A stretch of 63,719 nt of DNA, the filler included, from Reticulomyxa filosa (Eukaryota; Protista; Foraminifera), in the NCBI GenBank assembly GCA_000512085.1. It is 26 parts of 26 records of this genome, joined end to end, with 100 filler letters (N's around TTAATTAATTAA, not from the genome) between each part and the next. Parts side by side here need not be neighbours in the genome. Positions count along the whole stretch, not along the records: positions 33,193 to 40,004 come from ASPP01003760.1; positions 40,105 to 41,725 come from ASPP01018351.1; positions 41,826 to 43,853 come from ASPP01020922.1; positions 43,954 to 45,101 come from ASPP01014850.1; positions 45,202 to 46,862 come from ASPP01045716.1; positions 46,963 to 51,386 come from ASPP01027188.1; 20 more parts are not named here. The stretch is one strand, 5' to 3'. Below the pieces are notes generated by a model. That model was given only the letters and a program-made list of their open reading frames with translations, did not search any database and was not told the origin of the DNA. Below, one piece after another: positions 37,076-48,960 of the stretch (position 1 is its first letter; every line of letters starts with the position of its first letter). The position numbers and the translations under genes were made by a program.

Positions 37076-38484
37076 CTATCCCCAAATACGAATAGGACCA
37101 TTGCCTGAACCATAACACAGCTTAATGTAACTACGAGCATTATTGCCTTTTCTCTTTCTTTTCAATTGTATAAATTTAAGACATATTATTCCATCATCGT
37201 CTTCATCTCCATTTATTGCATGCAACTCCTTCTTATTCGATCGAATGTCCCAAAAACGAATTGAATTATCCCACGACCCAGAGCATATTACATTCGAGCT
37301 ACTGCCAAATTCAATGTTATCTACAACAAATGGTGAATATTCAACAGCAGCCACCCAATGTGTATGTCCATTGAATACTTGAATTTGCTGACCAGACCGA
37401 ATATCCCACAAACGAATACTTTTATCCCATGATCCAGATAATATTGTATTTTCACCACCACAAATTCCTAATTTATTCGATCCATATTTTGCACTCCTAA
37501 TCCAATGTTCATGACCTTTGAATACAACCACTGGTTTAACTGTTTCAATATCCCATATGCGAATGGTTTTATCCTTTGATCCAGAACAAATTGTATATCC
37601 ATTACCACCAATCACACCAATAATATTACTTTTATTATCATTATTGTCACTATTGCTTTTCACTGGTGAAAAATCCACACACCAAACACTATTTTCATGT
37701 CCCTTGAAAACATGCAATGATTTTGATGTCTCAACATCCCATAAACGAATAGTGGTATCAAATGATCCAGAACATAAATAATGACCATAATTAAATGATG
37801 ACAAATCTATGCCACAAATACCATCAGCGTGTCCGCTGAAGATTTGCAATTGTCGATTATCTTTGATATCCCAAAAACGAATGGTATTGTCACTTGATGA
37901 AGAACAAATGACGGTATTACAATGATTATAATAATGATAAGGTGAAAATTTCACACAATATACATACCCTAAATGTCCATTGAATAATTGAATTTGTTTG
38001 TTGTTCTTTACATCCCATACACGAACTGTGTTATCGTATGATCCAGAACAAATATATTGATTGTCATCAAATCTTGAGTAATCAATATTATTCACGCAAA
38101 AATTGTGTCCAGTAAATGTTTGGAGTAACTTAGACGATAGACAAAATGCGTCAAGCATAAGGATGGTGACTGCCTGTGTTAAATAGTGATTATGACTAAT
38201 AACAAATATTTGAACATTTGGATTATAATTGTGTAAAAAAACAAAAAAACATAACATAATTGACAACAAGCTTGTCAAAATCATCGATCCATCCTAATTT
38301 AATGTTTAAGGTTCGAATCCAATATTTAATAATTACTTTACTTTCTTCATCTTCTGATAAATTTATCTTGAATCACATACAATTAAATCCTAAAAGACAA
38401 CTAGAATTCTGAAAGATGTGTTGAAATGAAACTTACTGTTGGCTGTTGCGTTGAAATTACTTTTTTATGGATAGAATTGCCCAT
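37076..38484 (-). CDS. WD40-repeat protein, tandem paralogue, 3 exons
   Basis: ATG at 38484 (MGNSIHKK...), exon 38366-38256, last exon about 38173-37076. Same repeat architecture as 34915. The ORF-track start reads through an intron. Confidence 0.92.
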
Positions 38485-39241
38485 TTTTTGGCTTCTTGTT
38501 ATTTCCCGTAGATTATGATATAAGATAGAACTTGGAGTTTTTTATTCATGAAGGAGCTTGTCAAAACTATTTTGACGGTGTGCAAGCCAAAACTTCTGTT
38601 GTGTTCTAGGATTTTTTTCAATTTTGACACAAATGTTATATTTAACTTATCTGTTTAAAATAAAAATTTATAACATTTTCACTACATTTCAACATTTACT
38701 TTTTTTCTCCATTAGGGAATCGTGTGCTTTTAATTGTTTCACTAAGTAATGATGACAAACCACTCAATTGTACATTATTGTCTTAAATCCTTAGACATGC
38801 TCTTTGTCCATTTTGACTTATCTTCAAATATTAATCTTCATCTTTTTGTTATCTATGATAAAGTTAAAAAAATATACATCCACTTATCTTGATTTGGTCT
38901 CTACAACATGTTTTTAAAAATCAATTACAAGTATTATATCCTTTTATAATTTTTTTTGGTATTCAATCAATTCAATTTTTTTAAAGTTGATGTTGGTTGG
39001 TCTTATTCTTGCGTTTTTTTGTGTTTGCTTATTGGAATGTTTTAGTTGATTATATCACAATACATAAAGAATTACAAAATTATTAACGAAATAGTGCTTA
39101 TCAATAACATCATAGTTCTCCTTTTTTATAAAAAGGTAAATACTACCTAAAAAAAAACCAAACAAATCAAATTTCATTTAAAACAAACTTTATTGGTATC
39201 TTTATAATTAAAAAAAGGGAAAAAGTCAAAATAAATTTGAT

Positions 39242-39780
39242 TCATCCCCAAACACAAATTAGACCTTTCATTGAACCATAACATAAACGAACACTATAAT
39301 CGTCATTCAATTTTTGATCATTATATTATGATTTCTTTTTCAATGATACAATTTAAAACTTATTATTTCTTTATCTTCTTTTCTATCTCCTTTGATCACA
39401 TACAATTGATTTTTATTTGATCGAATATCCCAAAATCGAATTGTATTATCACAAGATCCAGAATACATTACATTTGAACTACCACCAACAACTCCATCAT
39501 TATTAACTATTACAAATGGTGAATATTCAACAAACAAAGCACTTGTATGTTCATTGAATGCTTGAATTTGTTTATTAGATCGAATATCACACAAACGAAC
39601 ACTTTTATCATGTGATCCAGATAATATTGTATTTAATAATTCATTTGATCCATGTTTTACACTCCTCACATAATCTGTATGTCCTTTGAATATATTAAAT
39701 TGTTTGGTTGTCTCAATATCCCATATTGGAATGGTATTACCAAATGATCCAGAACAAATTGTATATCCATTTCCACCACT
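39242..39780 (-). pseudogene. 5'-truncated, frameshifted WD40 paralogue
   Basis: It starts abruptly at GGNGYTICSGSFGNTIPIWDIETTKQ, with frameshifts near 39665 and 39345, and ends YGSMKGLICVWG*. Confidence 0.8.
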
Positions 39781-40124
39781 TCACAAAGGCAAGATAAACA
39801 TTGGTTCACAATCGATTGACAAAGAAAAGATGAGGTGGCTACTGACCCATATGTTTGCATTTAGCAGTATAATTCAACGGGATTGTTTGCTATTTGTTTA
39901 AAATTACAGCAGCCTAAAAAGCTTCACAATGCTGTTGTTAATTTATTCCAACATTAAATCATACCAATAATTTTAAAATTGTTTAAAAAAATAGGCCAAA
40001 AAAGNNNNNNNNNNNNNNNNNNNNNNNNNNNNNNNNNNNNNNNNNNNNTTAATTAATTAANNNNNNNNNNNNNNNNNNNNNNNNNNNNNNNNNNNNNNNN
40101 NNNNAAAAAAAAAAAAAAAAAAGG

Positions 40125-41334
40125 TACCCTATTGGGACATTCCGATCTACTGAAGAGACTTCGTTCTTCTCGCGCGGTGGCTGAAACAATTCCAGAAGAA
40201 ACAGAAAGTGATGTGGAAAATAATGAAAGTGACCAAACTCCAAAAGGCAATGAGAGAAAGCGTGAGCAAGAGGCGAGCTTTGATTTGGCTGTGGAGCAAC
40301 AACCATTGTATCGAGTCATGGAACCTCCTCCAAGAAGTTGTGACCGAGATAGACAGACCCCGACACAGCCGGACCCAATTCAAGACAGAACGAGCCCCAA
40401 AGAAAGCGAAAATGCGCCTTCCACATGTCCAACAGATGCCACCAACAGTAGTTACTAAAAATAAAAAATAAAAAAAAAAATGTACAAATTCAGACAATAA
40501 TTAACAATGATGATTTGTGGATACCATGTATTAGACATATTTTCGGATGGAACCGCCGTGTCTCCACTACTTGTTGAAGAGACCGCTGCGAACGAGAACA
40601 AGGATGAAAGCACTCAATCGACACGAGAGAGATTACCCACACCAAATGTTTTGGAAGGGAGTGTTTCGGCATCCTCCTCGAGATATGGCAGCGATCATCA
40701 ACACTTGCGCGACGCGGTGTTCTCGAGTACCCCTAAAACCATTACTGACAAGATTAAGGATAACCGAGTATTGTCACCGGCTACACCTTTGACACAAAAA
40801 CAAACAATGGAAGGGCCCAATAGTATCCAAAAAAGCAATAATACCAATGAAAATAATCAAAGGTTGGTCATCCCCTCCCCCCCTCCCCTCCCCCCCCCCT
40901 CCCAAAAAAAAAACAAAAACATGTTTCTTCTTTCGATAATAATAATTAACGATATCATAAAAATATATATACCCTGTGTTGTTTTTGTTTTGTGTAATAC
41001 ACTGAAAAGCGGGAAAATAAAAAGAGTGAGGTCCATCGATGTTTTGGCAAAAATGGCTTTGTCACCCAATACCAAAAGTGTGAAAAGTCCGAAGTTGTTA
41101 TTGGATCAAGTGCTGACGATGGAACAAAGAAACGCAAGCATTTGGAATGACAAGGACATGTTCAACAACAACAACAATGACAATCTTTCAGCCAAAGCAA
41201 CTACTCCTCTCAAGCAACACCGCGAACAACTTACTACCGATATTACAAATGATCTTTCGAGTCAATCACAACGCCAAAATACAAGAGAGGGCTTAGTATT
41301 GGCCCAACCCACTGCGTGGCAATGGAATGAATAA
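40125..41334 (+). CDS. Hypothetical low-complexity S/T/P/Q-rich protein, multi-exon, 3' part
   Basis: GC-richer coding blocks at about 40125-40449, 40535-40862 and 41010-41334 are separated by intron-like A/T/C tracts. Confidence 0.45.
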
Positions 41335-41825
41335 AAGCGCAGGTGACGCATCATAGTCGTTCCATTGTCTTCATCTTGTCTTTTTTATTTTGATTTGATT
41401 TGTTTTTGTTTATTTTGTTTTGTTCTGTTTTTGTTGTTGATGTTTTTTATTTCCTTCCCGCACCTCGCCTCCAATTATTGTCGTTCCGAATATCTGTTTT
41501 CCCCCAGTCTAATGTTTTTTTGCTCATTGTTATTTTTTTTTATTTTGGTGTTGTTCTTACTTCCGTTGGTTATGATGCTGGCCATGTTTACCTTTTTTCT
41601 CAATCTCAGTTTTTTTGTTGTTTGTTTATTTGTTTGTTTTTTTTAAATGCACTGAGGTTTTTTTGCTGTTTGTGTGCACTTGGTTTATATACTATGCTTT
41701 TTTTTTTTTTCTTTTTTTTTTTTTTNNNNNNNNNNNNNNNNNNNNNNNNNNNNNNNNNNNNNNNNNNNNTTAATTAATTAANNNNNNNNNNNNNNNNNNN
41801 NNNNNNNNNNNNNNNNNNNNNNNNN

Positions 41826-41865
<40 letters not shown>

Positions 41866-41870
<5 letters not shown>

Positions 41871-42904
41871 AAATAAATGACATTCCATCCTCTCTCATCA
41901 TGAATAAAATTCAAATATTGTCGACTGGTTTCAATGCATCGATCCAAGTGGAAGTGCCGTTCGCTAAGGACAATGTCCCACTCGGCGCGTGTACGTTCGC
42001 CATCGGTGCGAGACCCGGGCGCGAGTTGCAAGCGCGAGTCGATATCGACCAGAGTGCCGTCAATGTCCACCACCAAGGTGGGCTTGGACGTGTCGGCCAG
42101 TTGCGCTTTGCCGTGCGCGCCAAGCACGCCCTCGGCAAACTGTGGCGACTGCAAAAAGTCGGGTTTTCGAAACGGCTGCTCTTTCATGCGTTTGTACTTT
42201 TTGTTTAATTTCCCACTTTGTTGCACCTTTAGCAAATTTATCTCGTCGTGCATCGAGTCCCTTGGGTACTTGTATGTACTGTTCTCATGTGCATAGTCAC
42301 GCCAATGTCGAAAAAAATGGCCTTTGTCGGCTATCTCTTCCGTTGTCTTTTTTTTATTTTTTAAATCTTCTTCTTTTTCTTTTCTATCCCCCCTCGGCTT
42401 TGAATCTAGATTTGAAATTGGATTTGGATTATGGTTTGCATGTTGTTGTTGCTGTTGTTGCTGCTGTTGTTGCTGCTGTTGTTGCTGCTGTTGCTGTTGT
42501 TGCTGTTGCAAAGATAACCATTTTGCACTTGTCTTGCTTCGACCACTTGCTTGCTTCGATTCGTGGTTTGTGCTCTCACTTGTCTTTGGGCTGTCTTTCT
42601 CATGACGTCCGCTTGTATGTGTTGTATGTGGCCGCGCTTTGCTTACAATAGCGTCTTTGTCTGTGCTCCGCTGATCTCTGGTGCTAACGCTATACTTCCT
42701 TTTTTGACATTTGCCCACCCGCTCTGCAAATTCGCACTTCTCTGTTCTTCCTCCTTTCTTTGCTTCTGCTGCCTTGTAGCTGGTGCAAAGCGAATCGGAC
42801 ATTCTTGAAAATATGAATCTTTTTGAAAGCTGAAAATTACTTCTTCCGCTACTGATAATTGACCTTTGGCAAAGGGAAACGCGAAAAACCGTCCAAAACT
42901 TCAT
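41866..42904 (-). CDS. HAD-superfamily phosphatase with long poly-Q N-terminal region, 3' partial
   Basis: Motif I LVVDIDGTLVD and motif II VIYLSG at the exon end (GT donor at 41865). The N-terminus is rich in R/S/F and poor in acidic residues. Confidence 0.7.
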
Positions 42905-43169
42905 CAGAAAGATGAGAGGGGGGGCTCACCTCACAACTTAACAAATTTAGGCTTGTCTTTTGCAACTTCTGTTGATTCTTTACACGATCTAAACGAATAT
43001 ACTTTTCATTTCTTGTAATGTACCTCCATATTACATACATCCAAAAAAGTAATAAAAATACAAATTACATTCTTTTTGCAAATTAACTTCATCTTTTTAC
43101 CCTTTTGAAAATATTAAATGCCTGCTATTATTTTATGATGTGTTTGCAAGGCTAAACCAAGGATAATTC

Positions 43170-43756
43170 GTGTCAGGAGGAGGCAATGATAAACCACCAC
43201 TTTTTTCCGTTCTCAAACGAAATTTTTCCCCTGTAAAAAGAGGTCAATATTTCTGTTGCTCATGTCAGATCCAAATCCAAACCAACAGAATCCCGCCTTT
43301 ATACGCAAAGCCTCACCCCTCAATGCGCCACCTCCAAAGCCAACGGGAGTCGCTGAGGCGTCAATGGTATGAAAGTGTTAGGAGACAGAGGAGAGTAGGG
43401 GGTACAAAATGTGTTATAGTTGTTTTTGTTACTAAAGACTAACTTGGTTTCGGTTGTGTTGTTGACCCACGATGTCTTTTTTTTAAAAAAAAAAATCCTC
43501 TTCCCGTTGAGCCTAGATGATGCTACAAGACAAACTACGAACAATGGAAGAGAAGCACCGTAAAAGCAAACAAGAGATGCAATCCTACCAACAAAAATGC
43601 CGCAATTTGGAATCACAGCTAGCAGCCTATCATTATAAAGAGGACGTAATCCATCAAAACTATAACAAAATAGAACAATACCAAACCGAAATTGATAGCT
43701 TGAGCAAGCAAGTGAAATATTTACAAGACAAATATGACTTACTCAATCAAGTCTGA
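43170..43756 (+). CDS. Hypothetical small coiled-coil protein
   Basis: Exon 43517-43756 follows an AG acceptor and is strongly coiled-coil-like (LQDKLRTMEEKHRKSKQEMQSYQQKCRNLESQL). Upstream exons are uncertain. Confidence 0.4.
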
Positions 43757-43808
43757 CAACCATCTTCATTGTGTATGGTCATTCCTCTGACCCCCCCCCC
43801 CTTTCTTT

Positions 43809-43845
<37 letters not shown>

Positions 43846-44027
43846 GGAAAAAANNNNNNNNNNNNNNNNNNNNNNNNNNNNNNNNNNNNNNNNNNNNTTA
43901 ATTAATTAANNNNNNNNNNNNNNNNNNNNNNNNNNNNNNNNNNNNNNNNNNNNTTTACATTTACATTTACATATGATTTATTAAAAAATCAATTTATAAA
44001 GAAGTTCCACAAACGAAAGAAAGTTAA

Positions 44028-45085
44028 CCCAATGGTTTCAATCTTTTCAACATTGAATTGGGCAGCAAATTGATCATATTTTGAATAGAAATGATGCAAC
44101 AAGGACACAACGAATGAGGGATCTAATATGGAAGACAATTGGGTAAAACCCATGAGATCGGACTGAAAGACAGTCGCGGATTGGAACTGTTGTCTCAAAA
44201 ATTGTTTGCTTTGTTCGAGCATCGATTTGCACAGCAATTGTTGTGCAACAAACAACGGTAACAACACCGATGTTGATTGCTCTCTCTCTTTTTTCGACTT
44301 TTCAATCGCTTCTTCATACACAATATTCCTTCTCCATTCCTTTTCCTGCTTATACCCAATTATCATACTTACCAACAGTACCGATGTATCAATAGCAAAC
44401 GTAGGAACATTTACTACACATCGCAAATGGGAAAAAGCATACAAACACAAAATTTATATATGTACGTATACATATACATATGTACAAATGTACATGTGTA
44501 CATTAAAAAAAGTATGTATGTTTTGTAATATAAAAAAAGCAAACTGGGATTGTGAGATAGGAAACCTTTATCAACAAAAAAACCATAACAAAGGAGGATA
44601 TGCTGATTTCAAAAAAGCGAAATGGAAATACGCTGAAGGATAAGATAAAAAAGATGTTTGCAATTAATCTGGAAAATAAGCGATTAGTTTTGGCAGTGAC
44701 GTAGTTGATACCCAGCACATGCAGCCAAAAAAAGACGTACACGACAACCATGCGACGATAAAACTGTTTGCGTTGTTGTCTGCCATGAGACAATATGTGC
44801 GAAATGCAATTTACTACAAGAAAGATAAGCGCCACGACCGCCTCTGCAAGCAGTGGAACTAGCAAGCCTGATTCGACATGAAAGCTTGGAGGTGGTGTTA
44901 CATTTGAATTGAAATCTTCACACACGTTGCTGTCGTGAGGCATGCGTCTTCTGATTGTTATCACATTCATTAACAGCATCAAGTTGAATGCACACAGCGA
45001 TATCTGCAATCGTCCATAATTTCGTAAATGTGTTGCAATTAGTTTCACCTGATACATTTCCTCCAATTTGAATTCTTCGGTGCTT
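44028..45085 (-). CDS. Multi-pass transmembrane class III nucleotidyl cyclase (guanylyl-type signature), internal fragment
   Basis: Several hydrophobic helices, then LLPLFVAQQL...ATVFQSDLMGFTQLSSILDPSFVVSLLHHFYSKYD...VEKIETIG. Glu in KIETIG is the guanylyl-cyclase-type residue. Confidence 0.85.
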
Positions 45086-45206
45086 TTTTTTTTTTTTTTT
45101 TNNNNNNNNNNNNNNNNNNNNNNNNNNNNNNNNNNNNNNNNNNNNTTAATTAATTAANNNNNNNNNNNNNNNNNNNNNNNNNNNNNNNNNNNNNNNNNNN
45201 NAATAG

Positions 45207-46204
45207 ACAAATGAAGAAGCAGATTTAATAGTAGAACATTGGGTTCGGTCTTCAGCAATTAAAAGAGGATGGATTTATGAATTTAACAAAATAATTGCAA
45301 AATATGTTAAATTATCAATACATTTCATATATTCATATAATCACATGTTGATACGTTAACATACTAACATAGGCCAAAGGTTTTAAATTATCGAAAGTAT
45401 TAAAAGGAGGATCTTGCAAAATTGGCAAGCTAGCATTTTCGGCAGATGATCGCAAGTTTTATTTGATAGCAAGGGATTGGACATTTGAAATATGAGACAT
45501 TGCATTAGGTAAGAAAATTCAAACTTTCAATAAAAGTAATGAAATGCAAAATTTTATAGCATTTTCACCAGATGGAAGTACTTTTGTATCGAACACAAAC
45601 AATGGAATGCAATCACGGGATATAGAGTCAGGAAAGAAAGTGATGCGATTTTAAGGGATTATCGAACCTTATACAAAAATACAATTTTCTTCAGATGGTA
45701 AACATATTGCTGCAATTTTACATAATTGTGATATTAGATTCTGGGATGTGGATTCTGGAAAACAAATCCAAAGACTAGAAGAAAAAAATAATGATAATGT
45801 ATTTGATGAGAAATATTCACCGAATAGACAAATAGTTGCATTATCAACTACCAGAACAGTTAGTTTATGGGATATGAAATTGGGTAAAAAAGTGAAAGAA
45901 ATAGACATGAATGATACCTTAAGAGCAAAATTATCTCCAGATGGTAGATTTCTTGCTTATTCACTCTATAATACGATTACAATATGGGACTTGGAATCAA
46001 AAAATGTGTTGGAAAGAAGATATAGAGGATATATAATAAATTTTGATTGAATGTTATGATGGTCCACTTCTATTGTGTGATATAAAATCAGGATATGCAA
46101 CAAAGATATTTGATATCTCCACTGATATAACAGAAATAGTTATTTCTCCAAATGGTAATACATTCTTAGTTTCTTCTGGCAATACAATTGAAATTTGGGA
46201 ATGA
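45207..46204 (+). pseudogene. Divergent WD40-family gene with in-frame stops
   Basis: Module exon 45207-45305, then FSPDG-type WD repeats (AFSPDGSTF, FSSDGKHI...IRFWDVDSGKQI, LSPDGRFL...TIWDL) with TGA at about 45493 and further breaks at about 45652 and 46048. Confidence 0.7.
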
Positions 46205-46559
46205 TTGATGTGTTTGTTATTCTTTCATTTTGAAATTTCTTGTGAACAACAAGAATTGGTGGGGGGTTGTCGATGTTTCTTTTTAACAAATAAAAACAAA
46301 TCCACCTCGTCCCAAAGTTTACGAAAATTTCATTTCAAACGATTTGTTTAAGTTTATTCAAAAAAATTTAAAAGAGAGGAGACAATGAAGGAATCACTTC
46401 ACAATAAAACACACTTGTATCAAAATAAAATTGAATCCATTTTTTATCAATTTGTTTGATATTTGTGATAAGTTTGGGAAACTTTGTTTGATAAAATTGG
46501 CAAAAATGGACTTGTTCAGTCGAATTAAGAGATAATTGAAAATAATTTTGATTGGTTGA

Positions 46560-46862
46560 TTCATCACGACGATAAAATGCCCCATTTTTAATGGAATGAA
46601 TATTTGCTTTTCAATGTTTGATTGATAAATTAAAAGATAGCCATTCGGATGTTCGGGAGTCATGTGTAAAATCACTTGTAACACTTTCAAAGAAATGGAA
46701 TGATAAACAACTGGATATTACTGTTCAATGTTTGATTGATGGATTTCAAAATATAAATGGATATCATTGTGATACATCCAGAAATTTACTTGAAGGAATT
46801 GCAATGAAATTGAATGAGACACAAATTGATTCTGTTTTCACATGTTTGATCAATGGACTCAA
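46560..46862 (+). CDS. HEAT/ARM-repeat family fragment (possibly a pseudogene)
   Basis: LIDKLKDSHSDVRESCVKSLVTLSKKWNDKQLDITVQCLIDGF...IAMKLNETQIDSVFTCLINGL fits the HEAT pattern LxxLxDxxxxVRxxxxxxL. No clear start. Confidence 0.6.
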
Positions 46863-46962
46863 NNNNNNNNNNNNNNNNNNNNNNNNNNNNNNNNNNNNNN
46901 NNNNNNTTAATTAATTAANNNNNNNNNNNNNNNNNNNNNNNNNNNNNNNNNNNNNNNNNNNN

Positions 46963-47315
46963 TGTATAAACCAATTTCGGGGATATGTGCAATGTATTAT
47001 TTTCTGAAAGTGATTCAAATGCAAAATATAATATTACAATGGTAACAATTAAAATCCATCCAAGAAATAACAATGCCAATGTATTCCTTTTTGCCAAGTA
47101 AATGAATCTATTATATCGTCAAAAGTGTCTTCAGAAGTACTTGTTGTAGTGAATGGAGGATTCATAACCCATCCGAATGCATATACTAAAACGACAATAT
47201 TGGATAATAGAACAGCGATTGTCAATAGAATTGTAGCGATCAATGACAAATCTTCAACGTATGCTAATGAAAAATGAAATAGCAATGAAAAAGCGCTAGC
47301 ATTGATAAACTCCAT
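46963..47315 (-). CDS. Hydrophobic membrane-protein 5' fragment with an apparent frameshift
   Basis: Two overlapping ORFs (47315-47049, 47097-46963), each with TM-like segments. No family recognised. Confidence 0.3.
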
Positions 47316-47591
47316 TCAATCCTTAGAAAAACAGTTATCTTGAGATTTTGATTGATCGAAGAACAAATCAAAATAGTTATTATGTGTCAAAAAAATTACA
47401 AAATACAAATTATTGGTCCAATTACAATTTGTTGTGTTTTGTTGTAAAGTATGTAGAAAAAGATTTGCAAAATTATTTCATACAAGCACTTTTTTCTATA
47501 CTGATGAATAATTTTATTATGCCTCAAATGTCATAAAAGCAATATCAAATTTTGTTAATTCTACTTAACTAATATGTAAGTAAATCTTTAA

Positions 47592-48960
47592 CATATTATC
47601 CAAGAAAACAGAATTATTCATTTCGGATTTTGATGAAAATGTTTGATGTTTCTGTATCAAAAAAACCAAAAATAAACAAGTCCGATAAATTCGTTAAATA
47701 ATCAAATGACTCCAATTTTATTTTTGATTGAAAGTCATTGAAAGTTATTTTCATTGTTTTGCGAATTGCTTACTATTTATTGCATAGAGCAAAAAAACAC
47801 TATTGATTAGAGTTTTTGTGCTGCATTAGTATTTTTTTTTGAAGAAAACACACCGATCAGAAAGAAACAGTTTTATGGTAGTTATTTGATTGTATCCTTT
47901 TTGAGATAGATTTTTGTGTAATCTTAAATATCAACGATAGTCAACCACAGATATTACAAAATCAAATTTTCTTTGTATTAAGTGTGTTTTGCTATTACAA
48001 GTTTCTTCATAAACATTATTTTTTGGATTCTAGTAACACAGAGCAAAGAGTTTATTCTTTAGTAGTAGTGTTATTTTTGCAATCCCAAAAACAACATACA
48101 TAAACAATTTTTTAAATTAAAAAAAGTGCAATTCATGTGCATTGGTCACTTATTTATTTAATTATTTTTTACATCAATTTTATTAATTCAAATTAATCTC
48201 AAATATCAATCGAAATGTATAAATTGTATTTTCGGCATATGATATTATTGTAAATTAATTTAATATCATTTACATTGTATTGTTCAATATTCTATTTATA
48301 ACTGGATACAATGTTTGTTGTGATAATATCATTTAAATATGAAAACTAAAAATATAATAAATATTATTTAGACTATATTATTGTTGTCTATCATCAACAC
48401 TTTTTTTAAAATAACAATATTAATATTTGATAAACTTTGTATGTATTTTTTTTAAGTAAAAATCTAATAACCAACAAATATGCATAAATGAACGTAAAAT
48501 AAAAATAACTTAGTTATGAAAGTGTTCCTTAAAAAGGGGTAGTTATAGATTTTTTCTTTTTTCTTCTTTTATGTTAGTACTTTTTGTAACAACTTACAGA
48601 GAGTAAACCGAACAAGTACTTTGATATTCGATCATTTGGTTAGTTGTTTTCATTTGATAAAATTTACATTCGAAATATAACGGAGATTAAATTTATAATC
48701 AGTACTACTACTTTTACTCCATGTGAGCAGATATTTCAACCCTAAGCAATATCGGATTTTATTCATTTCGATTTTTTAATGAAAGCATTTTTGGTGTTTC
48801 CGTATTAAAAAACCGATAATAAGATGAATAGATGAATCGTCAATCAAAAAAATAAAAGTCCAACAACTGAAAGTCGTTTTCATTGATTTGCCAATTGCTT
48901 GCTATTCATTGGTAGAACGAAAAAGATCAACTGATTAAAAGTTTTGTATTATTGCATTGA
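47592..48960 (+). repeat. Diverged direct duplications in non-coding DNA
   Basis: About 47592-47830 resembles about 48730-48960 (TTATTCATTTCG...TGTTTC.GTAT.AAAAAACC...GAAAGT..TTTTCATTG.TTTGC.AATTGCTT.CTATT). About 48527-48600 resembles about 49115-49190 (CTTAAAAGGGGT.AGTT...ATGT.AGTACTTT..TAACAA.TTAC). Confidence 0.6.

Noticed and set aside
42324-42605. Poly-Cys ORF, and similar poly-Leu/Tyr/Val/Phe-Ser ORFs at 59113-59436, 59142-59381, 52138-52884 and 61636-62184
   Set aside because: These are antisense or off-frame shadows of poly-Q, poly-N and acidic tracts in real genes.
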